IMG/VR virus record: IMGVR_UViG_2529292698_000003
Length of the DNA: 64,000 bases
DNA from: a virus
Strand: one strand, 5' to 3'
How positions within the stretch are numbered: position 1 is the first letter of the stretch; each line of letters starts with the position of its first letter. A model generated the notes under the pieces. It saw only the letters and a list, made by a program, of their open reading frames with translations. It was not told the DNA's origin and did no database searches. Made by a program: the position numbers and the translations under genes. This document shows, one piece after another, positions 29,241 to 37,406 of this stretch.

Positions 29241-29327
29241 AGATGTCAAAATTTTTATCTCTTGTTAAGAGCGACCGGCTATGAATCGGTCTGTATGTTT
29301 TGTGATACTAAATTATTTCATTAGGTT

Positions 29328-29858
29328 TTATTTTTTAATTTTATCGTAAACAGCTTTACCTAATATAGCCAATATAGCACCACCAATTGCTCCAGCCATC
29401 GTAACCCCAATATGTGATGGGGATTGTCCCAATAATTCCATTTGATGTGTTATTGTGTCCCCCATACTTGCTACATAACCAGCCAAAGTTCCACCTCCTA
29501 ATAGTCCAGTCCAGAAAGCTCCTGCGTAATCAAATCCTTCATCTAGATTTTGTGGGTTCTGTTCAGCTTTCTTAGCGAATTGTAATGCTAGTTTATCTAC
29601 GATATCTTCAGTTAAACCTTCCCCTTCGTTAAGACCCATAAGTTTCATTAACTCTGCTTGTGCTTTTGGATCTTTAGCTATTGTATCTACTACTTTATCA
29701 AATTTAGGTGTATCATCTACTTTGTCTGCTACTTTTTTAGCAATAGTGACAGCTTCCTGTGGGGTTACTTCTTTTGTATTTTGATATTCCTCTTCTGTAA
29801 TTAGCCCTGCTAATTTTTGCATTCTACGAAATTCTTCACTTAAAATTTGTGTTTTCAT
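29328..29858 (-). CDS. Putative internal head protein
   Basis: Leader MKTQILSEEFRRMQKLAGLITE; glycine-rich hydrophobic C-terminus. Confidence 0.6.
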   Translation of the reverse strand: MKTQILSEEFRRMQKLAGLITEEEYQNTKEVTPQEAVTIAKKVADKVDDTPKFDKVVDTIAKDPKAQAELMKLMGLNEGEGLTEDIVDKLALQFAKKAEQNPQNLDEGFDYAGAFWTGLLGGGTLAGYVASMGDTITHQMELLGQSPSHIGVTMAGAIGGAILAILGKAVYDKIKK

Positions 29859-29933
29859 TGTTTTTATTGTTTTAGATTTTTAATTCTGGTTTATTTATTA
29901 TAAATGTTTTTTTAATCTTATTTATAAGTATAT

Positions 29934-30563
29934 TTAAGCAGGGGAAGAGGCTATTGCCTTTGCTAAATTATTAATCTCACCTGCTTTTATTCCTATTTCA
30001 CCAACTTCTACAGCCTTATGAATTAAGCTATGAGCACTAGCAGCACTAATACCAGCACCTATCCCTCCAGCTACTAACAAACCTATATATATTTTTCTAG
30101 CGGCATCATATAAAGGAAAATTTTTATTATGAACATCCATAGTTTTTGGATAGAGGTCTGGGTAGGCTTTTTTGAGAGCAGATCCTATAACATCAAGATA
30201 GGCATGTTCTAGTTTATGAGAGGCTTTATTGAGAGCTCTTCCTATTAATGTACCATCTTGATTTTTGTCTAGAACGAAAAAATTAGATACCCCATCAACA
30301 GCTTTCCCCAATAAACTTATTAATCCAGGAGCTCCTACAACTAAATTATATATTGTCAATCCTATAGCCTCATTTACTTCTTTATTTTTAGATGCTGCTT
30401 CTTTGTTTTTTGGTGAAATTTTAACTTGAGATAGTCCTGATTTGAGAGTAGCTAATGATGCTTTAAGAGCTTTTTCAGCATCTGAGGTAATTTCTGTTTC
30501 GGATTTTTCTTCATTTAATAAAGTATTATTATAAAGAAAATTTCTTAAATCAAAGTTATCCAT
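29934..30563 (-). CDS. Putative internal head protein (DNFDL leader)
   Basis: MDNFDLRNFLYNNTLLNE; hydrophobic helices in the body. Confidence 0.6.
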   Translation of the reverse strand: MDNFDLRNFLYNNTLLNEEKSETEITSDAEKALKASLATLKSGLSQVKISPKNKEAASKNKEVNEAIGLTIYNLVVGAPGLISLLGKAVDGVSNFFVLDKNQDGTLIGRALNKASHKLEHAYLDVIGSALKKAYPDLYPKTMDVHNKNFPLYDAARKIYIGLLVAGGIGAGISAASAHSLIHKAVEVGEIGIKAGEINNLAKAIASSPA

Positions 30564-30822
30564 TTTTATGTATTTTTAGTTTTAGTGTTCCTGTTCCTTT
30601 TATTACACGATGCCATTCGTGTCTTGGTATAAATATTTGTTTATTTAATGAAGTTGGTAATTCATTGTCAAGTTGTAATTTCCAATTTGTTTCTCCAAGT
30701 ATTTCTATTGTTCTATCTTCATCATCTCGATGCCACATAAGTTCAATTGGATCTATATTTTCGTTAAACTCACGAATAATATATTTGTCTGTAACTTCTA
30801 TGTCTGTGTATGGGTTACTCAC
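30556..30822 (-). CDS. Small cupin-like protein (start probably GTG 30822)
   Basis: LMWHRDDEDR...WKLQLDNELP...IFIPRHEWHRVIKG two-His cupin pattern. Confidence 0.65.
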   Translation of the reverse strand: MSNPYTDIEVTDKYIIREFNENIDPIELMWHRDDEDRTIEILGETNWKLQLDNELPTSLNKQIFIPRHEWHRVIKGTGTLKLKIHKNG

Positions 30823-31255
30823 TTTCTTTACGATCTTGCCAATCATAAGATATGCTATCTTCTGTGATAGGACCACCTTTAGCCCATGTTCTGCAAGTAC
30901 GAGCTGAATGGCATTTAAAGCTATGCATCCAACAGTAACCTAATCTACCACTGTCATCTGATACTTGACCAGGCATACATTCATCCATTCTGGGTGAAAT
31001 ATCAAAAGCAACACAATTACCACAAAGTGATGATTTAGCAGCTTCAACTGTTGTATCCCAATATTCAGCTAATTCTTCCCAATAATCTCCTGGTTCATCT
31101 ACGTTTAATGGACCATATTTAATATAATCTGCTTTAATAGCTGAGTCTCTATTTTTAGTGTTAAGTTCTAGATCTTGGGTTGGTAAAGGACAAGCCATAG
31201 CTGCCTCATATAATTTACCTTCTGTTAAATATTTTCTTAAATCAAAGTTATCCAT
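30815..31255 (-). CDS. Cys-rich protein with DNFDL leader (start revised to 31255)
   Basis: MDNFDLRKYLTEGKLYE; CGNC...C...GYCWMHSFKCHSARTCRTW. Confidence 0.7.
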   Translation of the reverse strand: MDNFDLRKYLTEGKLYEAAMACPLPTQDLELNTKNRDSAIKADYIKYGPLNVDEPGDYWEELAEYWDTTVEAAKSSLCGNCVAFDISPRMDECMPGQVSDDSGRLGYCWMHSFKCHSARTCRTWAKGGPITEDSISYDWQDRKESE

Positions 31256-31256
31256 A

Positions 31257-31730
31257 TTATTTTGTTTTACCCCATGTTTTACCTTTACCTGGATCTTTAC
31301 ATTTTTTAGGAGTTGGTCTACATGAAGGATATTTTGCTCGTTTTTCACCTTTTTTTCTACCACAAGATTTATATCCTGTTATTTTACCATCTTTTCTAAT
31401 TGGTGCGTTACAATCAACCCAACCTCCTTCTTTACCTGGGGTTCCTGAGCGTTTGAACCATTTACGGAGTGATTCGTCCTCTTGTAAGATTTCTCTAATT
31501 ATGTCTTTTAGTTTAGCATATCCTGACCCATAAGGAGCAGCTTTACCTGATTGTGGGTCGTCGTCTTCTTTTAAGTCTTTCCAAATATCTCCTTTACGAC
31601 ATCTAACTACAGCACCTGATTTGTAAGCAGAGGGTTTATCAAATTTGCGATCAGCAATGCGTAAGCAGCGATCACGTTTTTTCTTCTTTTCTGAAAGAAT
31701 TTCTTGTATTATTTTTTTTAATCTATCCAT
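31257..31730 (-). CDS. Basic two-module protein (start revised to 31730)
   Basis: MDRLKKIIQEILSE; PSAYKSGAVVRCRKG and ESLRKWF...WVDC...CGRKKGEKRAKYPSCRP modules. Confidence 0.7.
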   Translation of the reverse strand: MDRLKKIIQEILSEKKKKRDRCLRIADRKFDKPSAYKSGAVVRCRKGDIWKDLKEDDDPQSGKAAPYGSGYAKLKDIIREILQEDESLRKWFKRSGTPGKEGGWVDCNAPIRKDGKITGYKSCGRKKGEKRAKYPSCRPTPKKCKDPGKGKTWGKTK

Positions 31731-31731
31731 T

Positions 31732-32625
31732 TTACCAGAATCCACTAAAGGATGATTTTAAACCCAATAATTTAGCATACCTTGGCAATCTGCAACTCCA
31801 ATATGATGCTTTTGTTTTATCTTTCTTTTGAGCACAGTTATGACGTTTAGCAAATGCTTGTCTTGCTTTAGGATTATTTATTTTAGCTTTTAATCCACCA
31901 CTTCCAAAACGTACTGTTTTAATTTTTTTAGTTTTAGGATCCCTAACATATACTACATATGCTTTACCTCCTGAAGAAGATCGTTTTGGTTTTCCAATTG
32001 GTGGATCTTTCTTTTGAGATTTCTTTTTAGATGCTTCACCTAAATATGTGGATCGTCTACCACCTTGTGGTTTAATAGTATCTTCAGCATTTTTATAAAG
32101 TTGATCAACATTATTAAAAACTCTACCTCCTAATTCAAAAACTTTACCTGTTTCAACATCAATAAGTTCATATTTGGCTCTATCAGGAAGTACTTTAACT
32201 AATTTAAAAATTATATCTCCATATCGTGAAGGAACTTCTTGAGGCCATTCAACAACTTCTATAGGTAAGTCTAAAGGAACTTTAACACCTTCATATAAAC
32301 CAAAGTTACCTAAATCAGTTTCCTCTAAAATTTGTTTATCATCTTCATTTACATGAATAATTTCACGTAAATATAATGAACGAGCTTCTGCCCATAAATT
32401 AAGGAAAGATTCAGAACCGTAGCGGAACGTGTTTTCGGTAAGTGGGAGTTGTTTATCAACGTGATATCGCAGATTTTCCGATAGTATATTCTTTTTAACT
32501 ATACTCTCGTTTAATACTACTCCAGGATTACCTACATTTTCACAACTATGACATCCACAGTTACAAGAATCTTTTTTAGGTGGGGTAGATAATACTTCTT
32601 TTATAAGTTTTCTAAGTCGTTCCAT
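31732..32625 (-). CDS. Multi-module protein with basic C-terminal domain
   Basis: MERLRKLIKEVLS; CNCGCHSC; C-terminal YVVYVRDPKT..VRFG...AFAKRHNC...ASYWSCR. Confidence 0.75.
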   Translation of the reverse strand: MERLRKLIKEVLSTPPKKDSCNCGCHSCENVGNPGVVLNESIVKKNILSENLRYHVDKQLPLTENTFRYGSESFLNLWAEARSLYLREIIHVNEDDKQILEETDLGNFGLYEGVKVPLDLPIEVVEWPQEVPSRYGDIIFKLVKVLPDRAKYELIDVETGKVFELGGRVFNNVDQLYKNAEDTIKPQGGRRSTYLGEASKKKSQKKDPPIGKPKRSSSGGKAYVVYVRDPKTKKIKTVRFGSGGLKAKINNPKARQAFAKRHNCAQKKDKTKASYWSCRLPRYAKLLGLKSSFSGFW

Positions 32626-33755
32626 TATTTTATATCATTATAAGATAATCTAATACCTCTAGATCTAGGACCTAATTTAGCTTTATTTGATGGGAATATT
32701 CTAAAGTCAAGGCCATAAGACATTTTGGCATGTTGGGCTATTACAAATACAGGTTCTTGTCCTGTTTTTTCTATATCATCTAATGTTCTATATATTCCTG
32801 CTGCTTTAACCTCTAATATATCATTTTTTAAGATAAAGTCAGAATCATCTTTACTAAATGTACCACCGACAACTACAGTTTTTGGTGTTTCAGGACCGAA
32901 TACTACTCTTTCTTCAAATCCTTCAGGGAAATCATCTATTATAATAATAGTTACTCTTTCACCCTCATCATTAAACATTAAATATTTTTCACCTGCTACC
33001 TCGGTATTACGTTTAAGTTTTAAACCTTTAATGTCTCCAGCTAAGGCTTTTTTAAGAAATGTATCTATAAAAGGAGAGAATTCAGGATCTGATTTTACTG
33101 AAGCCCATCTAAATCCTTCAGCTTGTTTTAAGGAGATGTTTTGAACTATTTTTCCATTTGAAATGAATTGAGCATCTGATTTATCTCCCTTACCTGCACC
33201 TGTTTTTGAGGAATCAACTACCTCAGTTACATTTTTAGTTAATAAAGGTGAGGAATTTGGTGAAGTAATTAAGATATCTAAACTCCCTCCAGCTTCTTGA
33301 ATTTTTGAGTTAATATTATCTATAAAATTAGCCTCATTTTGTTTACCTGCAGAACCTAACCCTTGTACATTTGCTGGTTTAGCATAAATGTAAATAGGAC
33401 GGGATTGTCCTTCTGGTTGGTATTTTAATCTACCTACAGATGCACCTTTTAACTCAAATTCAAAATCATCTAGTTGAGCTGCTTTTTTAAGAAAATCTCT
33501 ACGTTCACTATTATCCATCAAAACTTTATAGCTTGTAGATGTCATCTCTAAAAAGTTATCATCTTTTAAATCAAAATTTTGCTTAAGAATATCTATTGAT
33601 TTTTGAGCTTCTGAGGATAGGACTTCATTTAAATTAATCCCTATTTTTTTAATTTCCTCAAATAATATAGTTTTATCCTGTTCATTATTCATGTCAGGAT
33701 ATCCTTTAGGAAACTTATAAGATATACTATGTAAATATTTAGTAAGTAGATCCAT
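32625..33755 (-). CDS. Putative PD-(D/E)xK-fold nuclease with N-terminal leader
   Basis: GKQNEANF ... KSDAQF ... ISLKQ spacing of E / D / SxK; leader ends LNE. Confidence 0.45.
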   Translation of the reverse strand: MDLLTKYLHSISYKFPKGYPDMNNEQDKTILFEEIKKIGINLNEVLSSEAQKSIDILKQNFDLKDDNFLEMTSTSYKVLMDNSERRDFLKKAAQLDDFEFELKGASVGRLKYQPEGQSRPIYIYAKPANVQGLGSAGKQNEANFIDNINSKIQEAGGSLDILITSPNSSPLLTKNVTEVVDSSKTGAGKGDKSDAQFISNGKIVQNISLKQAEGFRWASVKSDPEFSPFIDTFLKKALAGDIKGLKLKRNTEVAGEKYLMFNDEGERVTIIIIDDFPEGFEERVVFGPETPKTVVVGGTFSKDDSDFILKNDILEVKAAGIYRTLDDIEKTGQEPVFVIAQHAKMSYGLDFRIFPSNKAKLGPRSRGIRLSYNDIK

Positions 33756-34727
33756 TTATTTTATTTGCTTAGTTAAGCTTGCAAATTTATTGAGTAAAGA
33801 TGTGTCATTATTTTTTAATAAAGCAATGAAGGTGGCTGCTAGTTCCTTATTTTGCGTTGTTGAAAGGTTTTCATCTCCAGTTTTTATTTTTGCTAAAGCT
33901 GAGTTTAATACTGAGGTGTCTGCATTATTTCCTCTTAAATCTTTGATTAGTGTGATTAATGCTGATGGGATAGTAACTTTAGTAGTTTCTTCTTCTTCTT
34001 TTAAAATATTAAAAATCTCTTCTTTAATAATTTCTTTTAGTGTTGTGTTTTTCATTTTGTTTTCTTTTATTAATTTTGTTGCAAAATAACTAGTGGATTT
34101 AAATGCTTCTCTAAATTGGTCTAAAATTGGTTTGATAAAGGAAAAAATAATTCCTACTCCTCCTATAATAGGTCCTAACCAACCTATAAAAGTTTTCCAA
34201 TCTGTTAATTTACTAATGATGTTTTCTATAAATTCGTCTTTGAAATATTTAGCTATAAAAAGTTTAACACCCTCTTTAGGTAATTTTTCTAATATATAAT
34301 ATGAAATCCCCCCTAAAGATAAAAAAGCAAATAGTTGTTTCCACCCCTTTAAATTAATAATCTTAGTAAAAAATCCTTTTATTTTAGTAACCCATTCGTC
34401 TAATCCAACTTTTTTTAAAAGTTCATATAATTTTGTTAATAATTTCTCAACTCTTCTTTTTAAAGGATATAAAAAATCTTGTAACAATTCACTACTGGAG
34501 AGTATCTTGAAAAACACCGCAGCAGCATCTTTCCAATCTTTTATAGTATCTACAACTTTACCTAATTTATCTTTAGCAAAATCTTTTATCGTATCTAAAA
34601 ATGATTCATATAATAATTGTTCTTCTTTAATTAATTTAAGTGTATCATAATATGAATTTGAACCCTCATTAAGTTGAGAAATTTCAATCCCAAGAGTATA
34701 TTTTATATGTTCTTTAGAGAGTATCAT
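33756..34727 (-). CDS. Hypothetical protein, possibly a fusion (internal ATG 34055)
   Basis: Hydrophobic helices, then MKNTTLKEIIKEEIFNILKEE, which resembles other N-terminal leaders. Confidence 0.65.
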   Translation of the reverse strand: MILSKEHIKYTLGIEISQLNEGSNSYYDTLKLIKEEQLLYESFLDTIKDFAKDKLGKVVDTIKDWKDAAAVFFKILSSSELLQDFLYPLKRRVEKLLTKLYELLKKVGLDEWVTKIKGFFTKIINLKGWKQLFAFLSLGGISYYILEKLPKEGVKLFIAKYFKDEFIENIISKLTDWKTFIGWLGPIIGGVGIIFSFIKPILDQFREAFKSTSYFATKLIKENKMKNTTLKEIIKEEIFNILKEEEETTKVTIPSALITLIKDLRGNNADTSVLNSALAKIKTGDENLSTTQNKELAATFIALLKNNDTSLLNKFASLTKQIK

Positions 34728-34730
34728 TTA

Positions 34731-35207
34731 TTATACTTCTACTGTTGTATCTTCAGTGTCACTTACAGTTGTATCAACCTCTTCTCCACCCCCGGTATCA
34801 AATGAATCTTCTGAAGTACCTTCAGTATCTTCATTTTCTTCATCTTTTACCCCATATCTTAAAATACGAGATATAGCTTCGGCAGCTCGTTCCTCTTCTG
34901 GTAAGTTTAAAAGATAATATTTTTTACCTTCAATTTGGGCTATCCAACTTCTTTTACCATACATTAAAAAAAAGCTTTGTCCATTTTTTAAGTTAATACG
35001 AAATGTAGTAGGACGTGGAGCAACCCAATCAATTGAGGATAGAAAGTTATCAAATTCTGTAGTTAGAAGATCAACTAATATTTGTTTAAGTTCTGGGAAT
35101 TTGGTTAATTCATCATATTCAACAGCTGCTTCTTCTGCTTTTTTAGATGAATTATATACTTGAGGAACAAGTTGTTTTATTTTTAATATGAGTTCTTCTC
35201 TAGTCAT
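34731..35207 (-). CDS. Hypothetical protein with acidic tail
   Basis: 158 aa, coupled to neighbours. Confidence 0.7.
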   Translation of the reverse strand: MTREELILKIKQLVPQVYNSSKKAEEAAVEYDELTKFPELKQILVDLLTTEFDNFLSSIDWVAPRPTTFRINLKNGQSFFLMYGKRSWIAQIEGKKYYLLNLPEEERAAEAISRILRYGVKDEENEDTEGTSEDSFDTGGGEEVDTTVSDTEDTTVEV

Positions 35208-36283
35208 TATTTAGATTTTGGTGATGCAAGTCTACCAAGTGTTGCTTGATCAAATGCTATACTAATAGCATCTTTTCCGGTTATAGCAGATGAAAGGTAG
35301 TCTATACTTTTATCTAATTCTTCAACATCCTTTTCAGTATCATCTTGACTTTTATCTACAGCAGTAATTCCATTAAGTATATCACGTAAAATAGGTTCTA
35401 ATCTTTTTACAGCTTTAGTAGTATCTGGGTCTTCATGTAATTTTTGTGGGAGAGTTTTATCTTCTTTTTTATTCTTTGATAACTTATCTAATATTCTTTT
35501 TACAAGTTCTTCTTTTTCATCTTTATTTTCATCAATCATGTCTTCCTCAGAATCTAGATCTTTAATCATGGTATCAATTTGAGGTTCTTTTAATTCAAAG
35601 TCAAGATAATGTTTAGCTGAAACTAGCATTGATTTAGCTTTAATGATTTTAGCTTGCCACCAATGTGGAAAATCAACTTCACCTTCCATTTTATCAAATT
35701 GGTCTATCATTTTATAGAGTTCCATAGCATATTTTCCGATACGGTATAGATCTGATTTTAGCATGTGTGGTTCGTTGTCTTGATGGCCTAGGTCTAGGTC
35801 TTCATCTAAATTACCTTCTTCTTTCATCATTGCTTTTTCAATAGCTTTACCACGTTTTTCTTCATAAGGTGAAAGTTTACCATCTTTATTTAAGTCTGCT
35901 TTTTTAGGGTTTTTAAGAGCATCTTTAATAAGTTCTTTTAAAAGATTTGTCTTACTTTCATCTATAGTTTCTTTTGTTTTTTCCATTTCTTCTTTAGCTT
36001 TTTTAACAGCAGTTTTATACATTACAAAATTAGCTTGTTCTAAACCATATTTATCTATCCACGTCTGTTTATCCTTAATAAAAGCAGCCATAAATTCTTT
36101 TATTTTGGCTTGTTCCTCAGGAGAGATAGTGTTAGGTAAACTTTCGTTTAATTCAGAAGCATATAAAGCTTGGATATATTTTTTAGCTTTAGCTACAGTA
36201 TCTGAACATCCAACTGGTTTTTTGCTTAATTTACCTTTGGAATGTTTTTTATATACGCATTTACCTTTTCTTTCGTAGGGCAT
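35207..36283 (-). CDS. Multi-module putative internal head protein
   Basis: Modules separated by LNE/IDE/LDE/LKE/LHE; DLNKDGKLSPYE Ca-loop-like motif. Confidence 0.65.
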   Translation of the reverse strand: MPYERKGKCVYKKHSKGKLSKKPVGCSDTVAKAKKYIQALYASELNESLPNTISPEEQAKIKEFMAAFIKDKQTWIDKYGLEQANFVMYKTAVKKAKEEMEKTKETIDESKTNLLKELIKDALKNPKKADLNKDGKLSPYEEKRGKAIEKAMMKEEGNLDEDLDLGHQDNEPHMLKSDLYRIGKYAMELYKMIDQFDKMEGEVDFPHWWQAKIIKAKSMLVSAKHYLDFELKEPQIDTMIKDLDSEEDMIDENKDEKEELVKRILDKLSKNKKEDKTLPQKLHEDPDTTKAVKRLEPILRDILNGITAVDKSQDDTEKDVEELDKSIDYLSSAITGKDAISIAFDQATLGRLASPKSK

Positions 36284-36284
36284 T

Positions 36285-36818
36285 TTATTCTCCTGAGATA
36301 TATTGGCGGGTAAGGAAAGTTACAGTATTTCCAATTTGTTTGATAAGTTTTTCATCTCCTGCAGATTTAGCCATACCTAGGGCTTTCATTAGATGGTTTA
36401 GGATTTCTCCTTCATCACCTTCCATTTCAGGTACGTTCATTTCATCTCCTTCTTCACCAGTAGTTTCTTCATCTGTAATATCTACATCCTCTTCAGTTTC
36501 AACTTCTTCTTCAGCTTCAACATCTTCTTCAGGTGTTTCTTCCTCATCTTTTTTAGCTTCTTCTAAAGATGTGTCTTCTAATTCAGCAATTACCATTTCA
36601 CGAATTTTTTCACGAAGAGCAGATTTAATATCTTCAGCATCTTCACCAGCATCTTTAGCTAGTTTAGAGATTTGGTCTAAATCATCTCTTACAGCATCTA
36701 CTTCTCTATCTACTTTTTCTTTTTCAGAATCAGACATTTCTTCCTTTAAGTAAGGATTAGATTTTTCAATGGTTTTGTTCTCAGTTAAGAATTTTTTTAA
36801 GTCAAAATTATCTTTCAT
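36285..36818 (-). CDS. Acidic protein with DNFDL leader
   Basis: MKDNFDLKKFLTE; E/D-rich; late motif at 36832. Confidence 0.7.
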   Translation of the reverse strand: MKDNFDLKKFLTENKTIEKSNPYLKEEMSDSEKEKVDREVDAVRDDLDQISKLAKDAGEDAEDIKSALREKIREMVIAELEDTSLEEAKKDEEETPEEDVEAEEEVETEEDVDITDEETTGEEGDEMNVPEMEGDEGEILNHLMKALGMAKSAGDEKLIKQIGNTVTFLTRQYISGE

Positions 36819-36839
36819 TGCAATGTTTTGTTATAAATA

Positions 36840-37406
36840 TTATTTTTTTAGTCCCTCTAGATATTTTATGACATCCTCTAAGGATTCTTCAGCTCTTTGT
36901 TTGTTTACACCACCAACCCATTTTTCTACTTCACCCGCTTCAGTTACATACCCTTGAGTACTTTCATTGAGATTAGTATGATAAAAATTTTTGTATTCTT
37001 CTATTAAGAGGTCAATTTCTTTATTGTAAGTATCTTTAAGATAATCTTCCCATTTACCTTCTAGTTTAAGTTTAGTTTCAAATTCCGCTCTACAATTAAC
37101 ACATTCACCATAAGATTTATAATAGTGAGGGTCTAACTGTCTATCCATAATTCCTTTACATTTAGGGCAAAATAAAGGGATTGTTGCTTTTTTAAACTTA
37201 TCTAATTTAGTAATATTTTCTTTAATACCGTCTTTAATAGTCCATGTTTTTCCTCCTTCTTCCCAAATATCCCCTTCTTCATGAAATTCAGATGATGATT
37301 TTGATTTACCAACTCCACTAATAGTTCTAGCACCAGATTTACCTTTTACAAGATTTCTAATACGTTGGATATCTCGTTCACCAAATTGTTTTTTTAATAT
37401 ACTCAT
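36840..37406 (-). CDS. Zn-finger hypothetical protein
   Basis: CPKC...CVNC; coupled to the polyprotein stop. Confidence 0.7.
   Translation of the reverse strand: MSILKKQFGERDIQRIRNLVKGKSGARTISGVGKSKSSSEFHEEGDIWEEGGKTWTIKDGIKENITKLDKFKKATIPLFCPKCKGIMDRQLDPHYYKSYGECVNCRAEFETKLKLEGKWEDYLKDTYNKEIDLLIEEYKNFYHTNLNESTQGYVTEAGEVEKWVGGVNKQRAEESLEDVIKYLEGLKK

Noticed and set aside
29207-29300. tRNA or known ribozyme in the structured gaps (also 8633-8690 and 18169-18354)
   Set aside because: No TpsiC/D-loop consensus or cloverleaf, and no HDV/hammerhead core recognisable by eye
30556-31745. Long 5' extensions given by the ORF track (30876, 31363, 31745; also 9237, 54443)
   Set aside because: They overlap upstream genes; internal starts coincide with shared leader motifs or stop-start junctions
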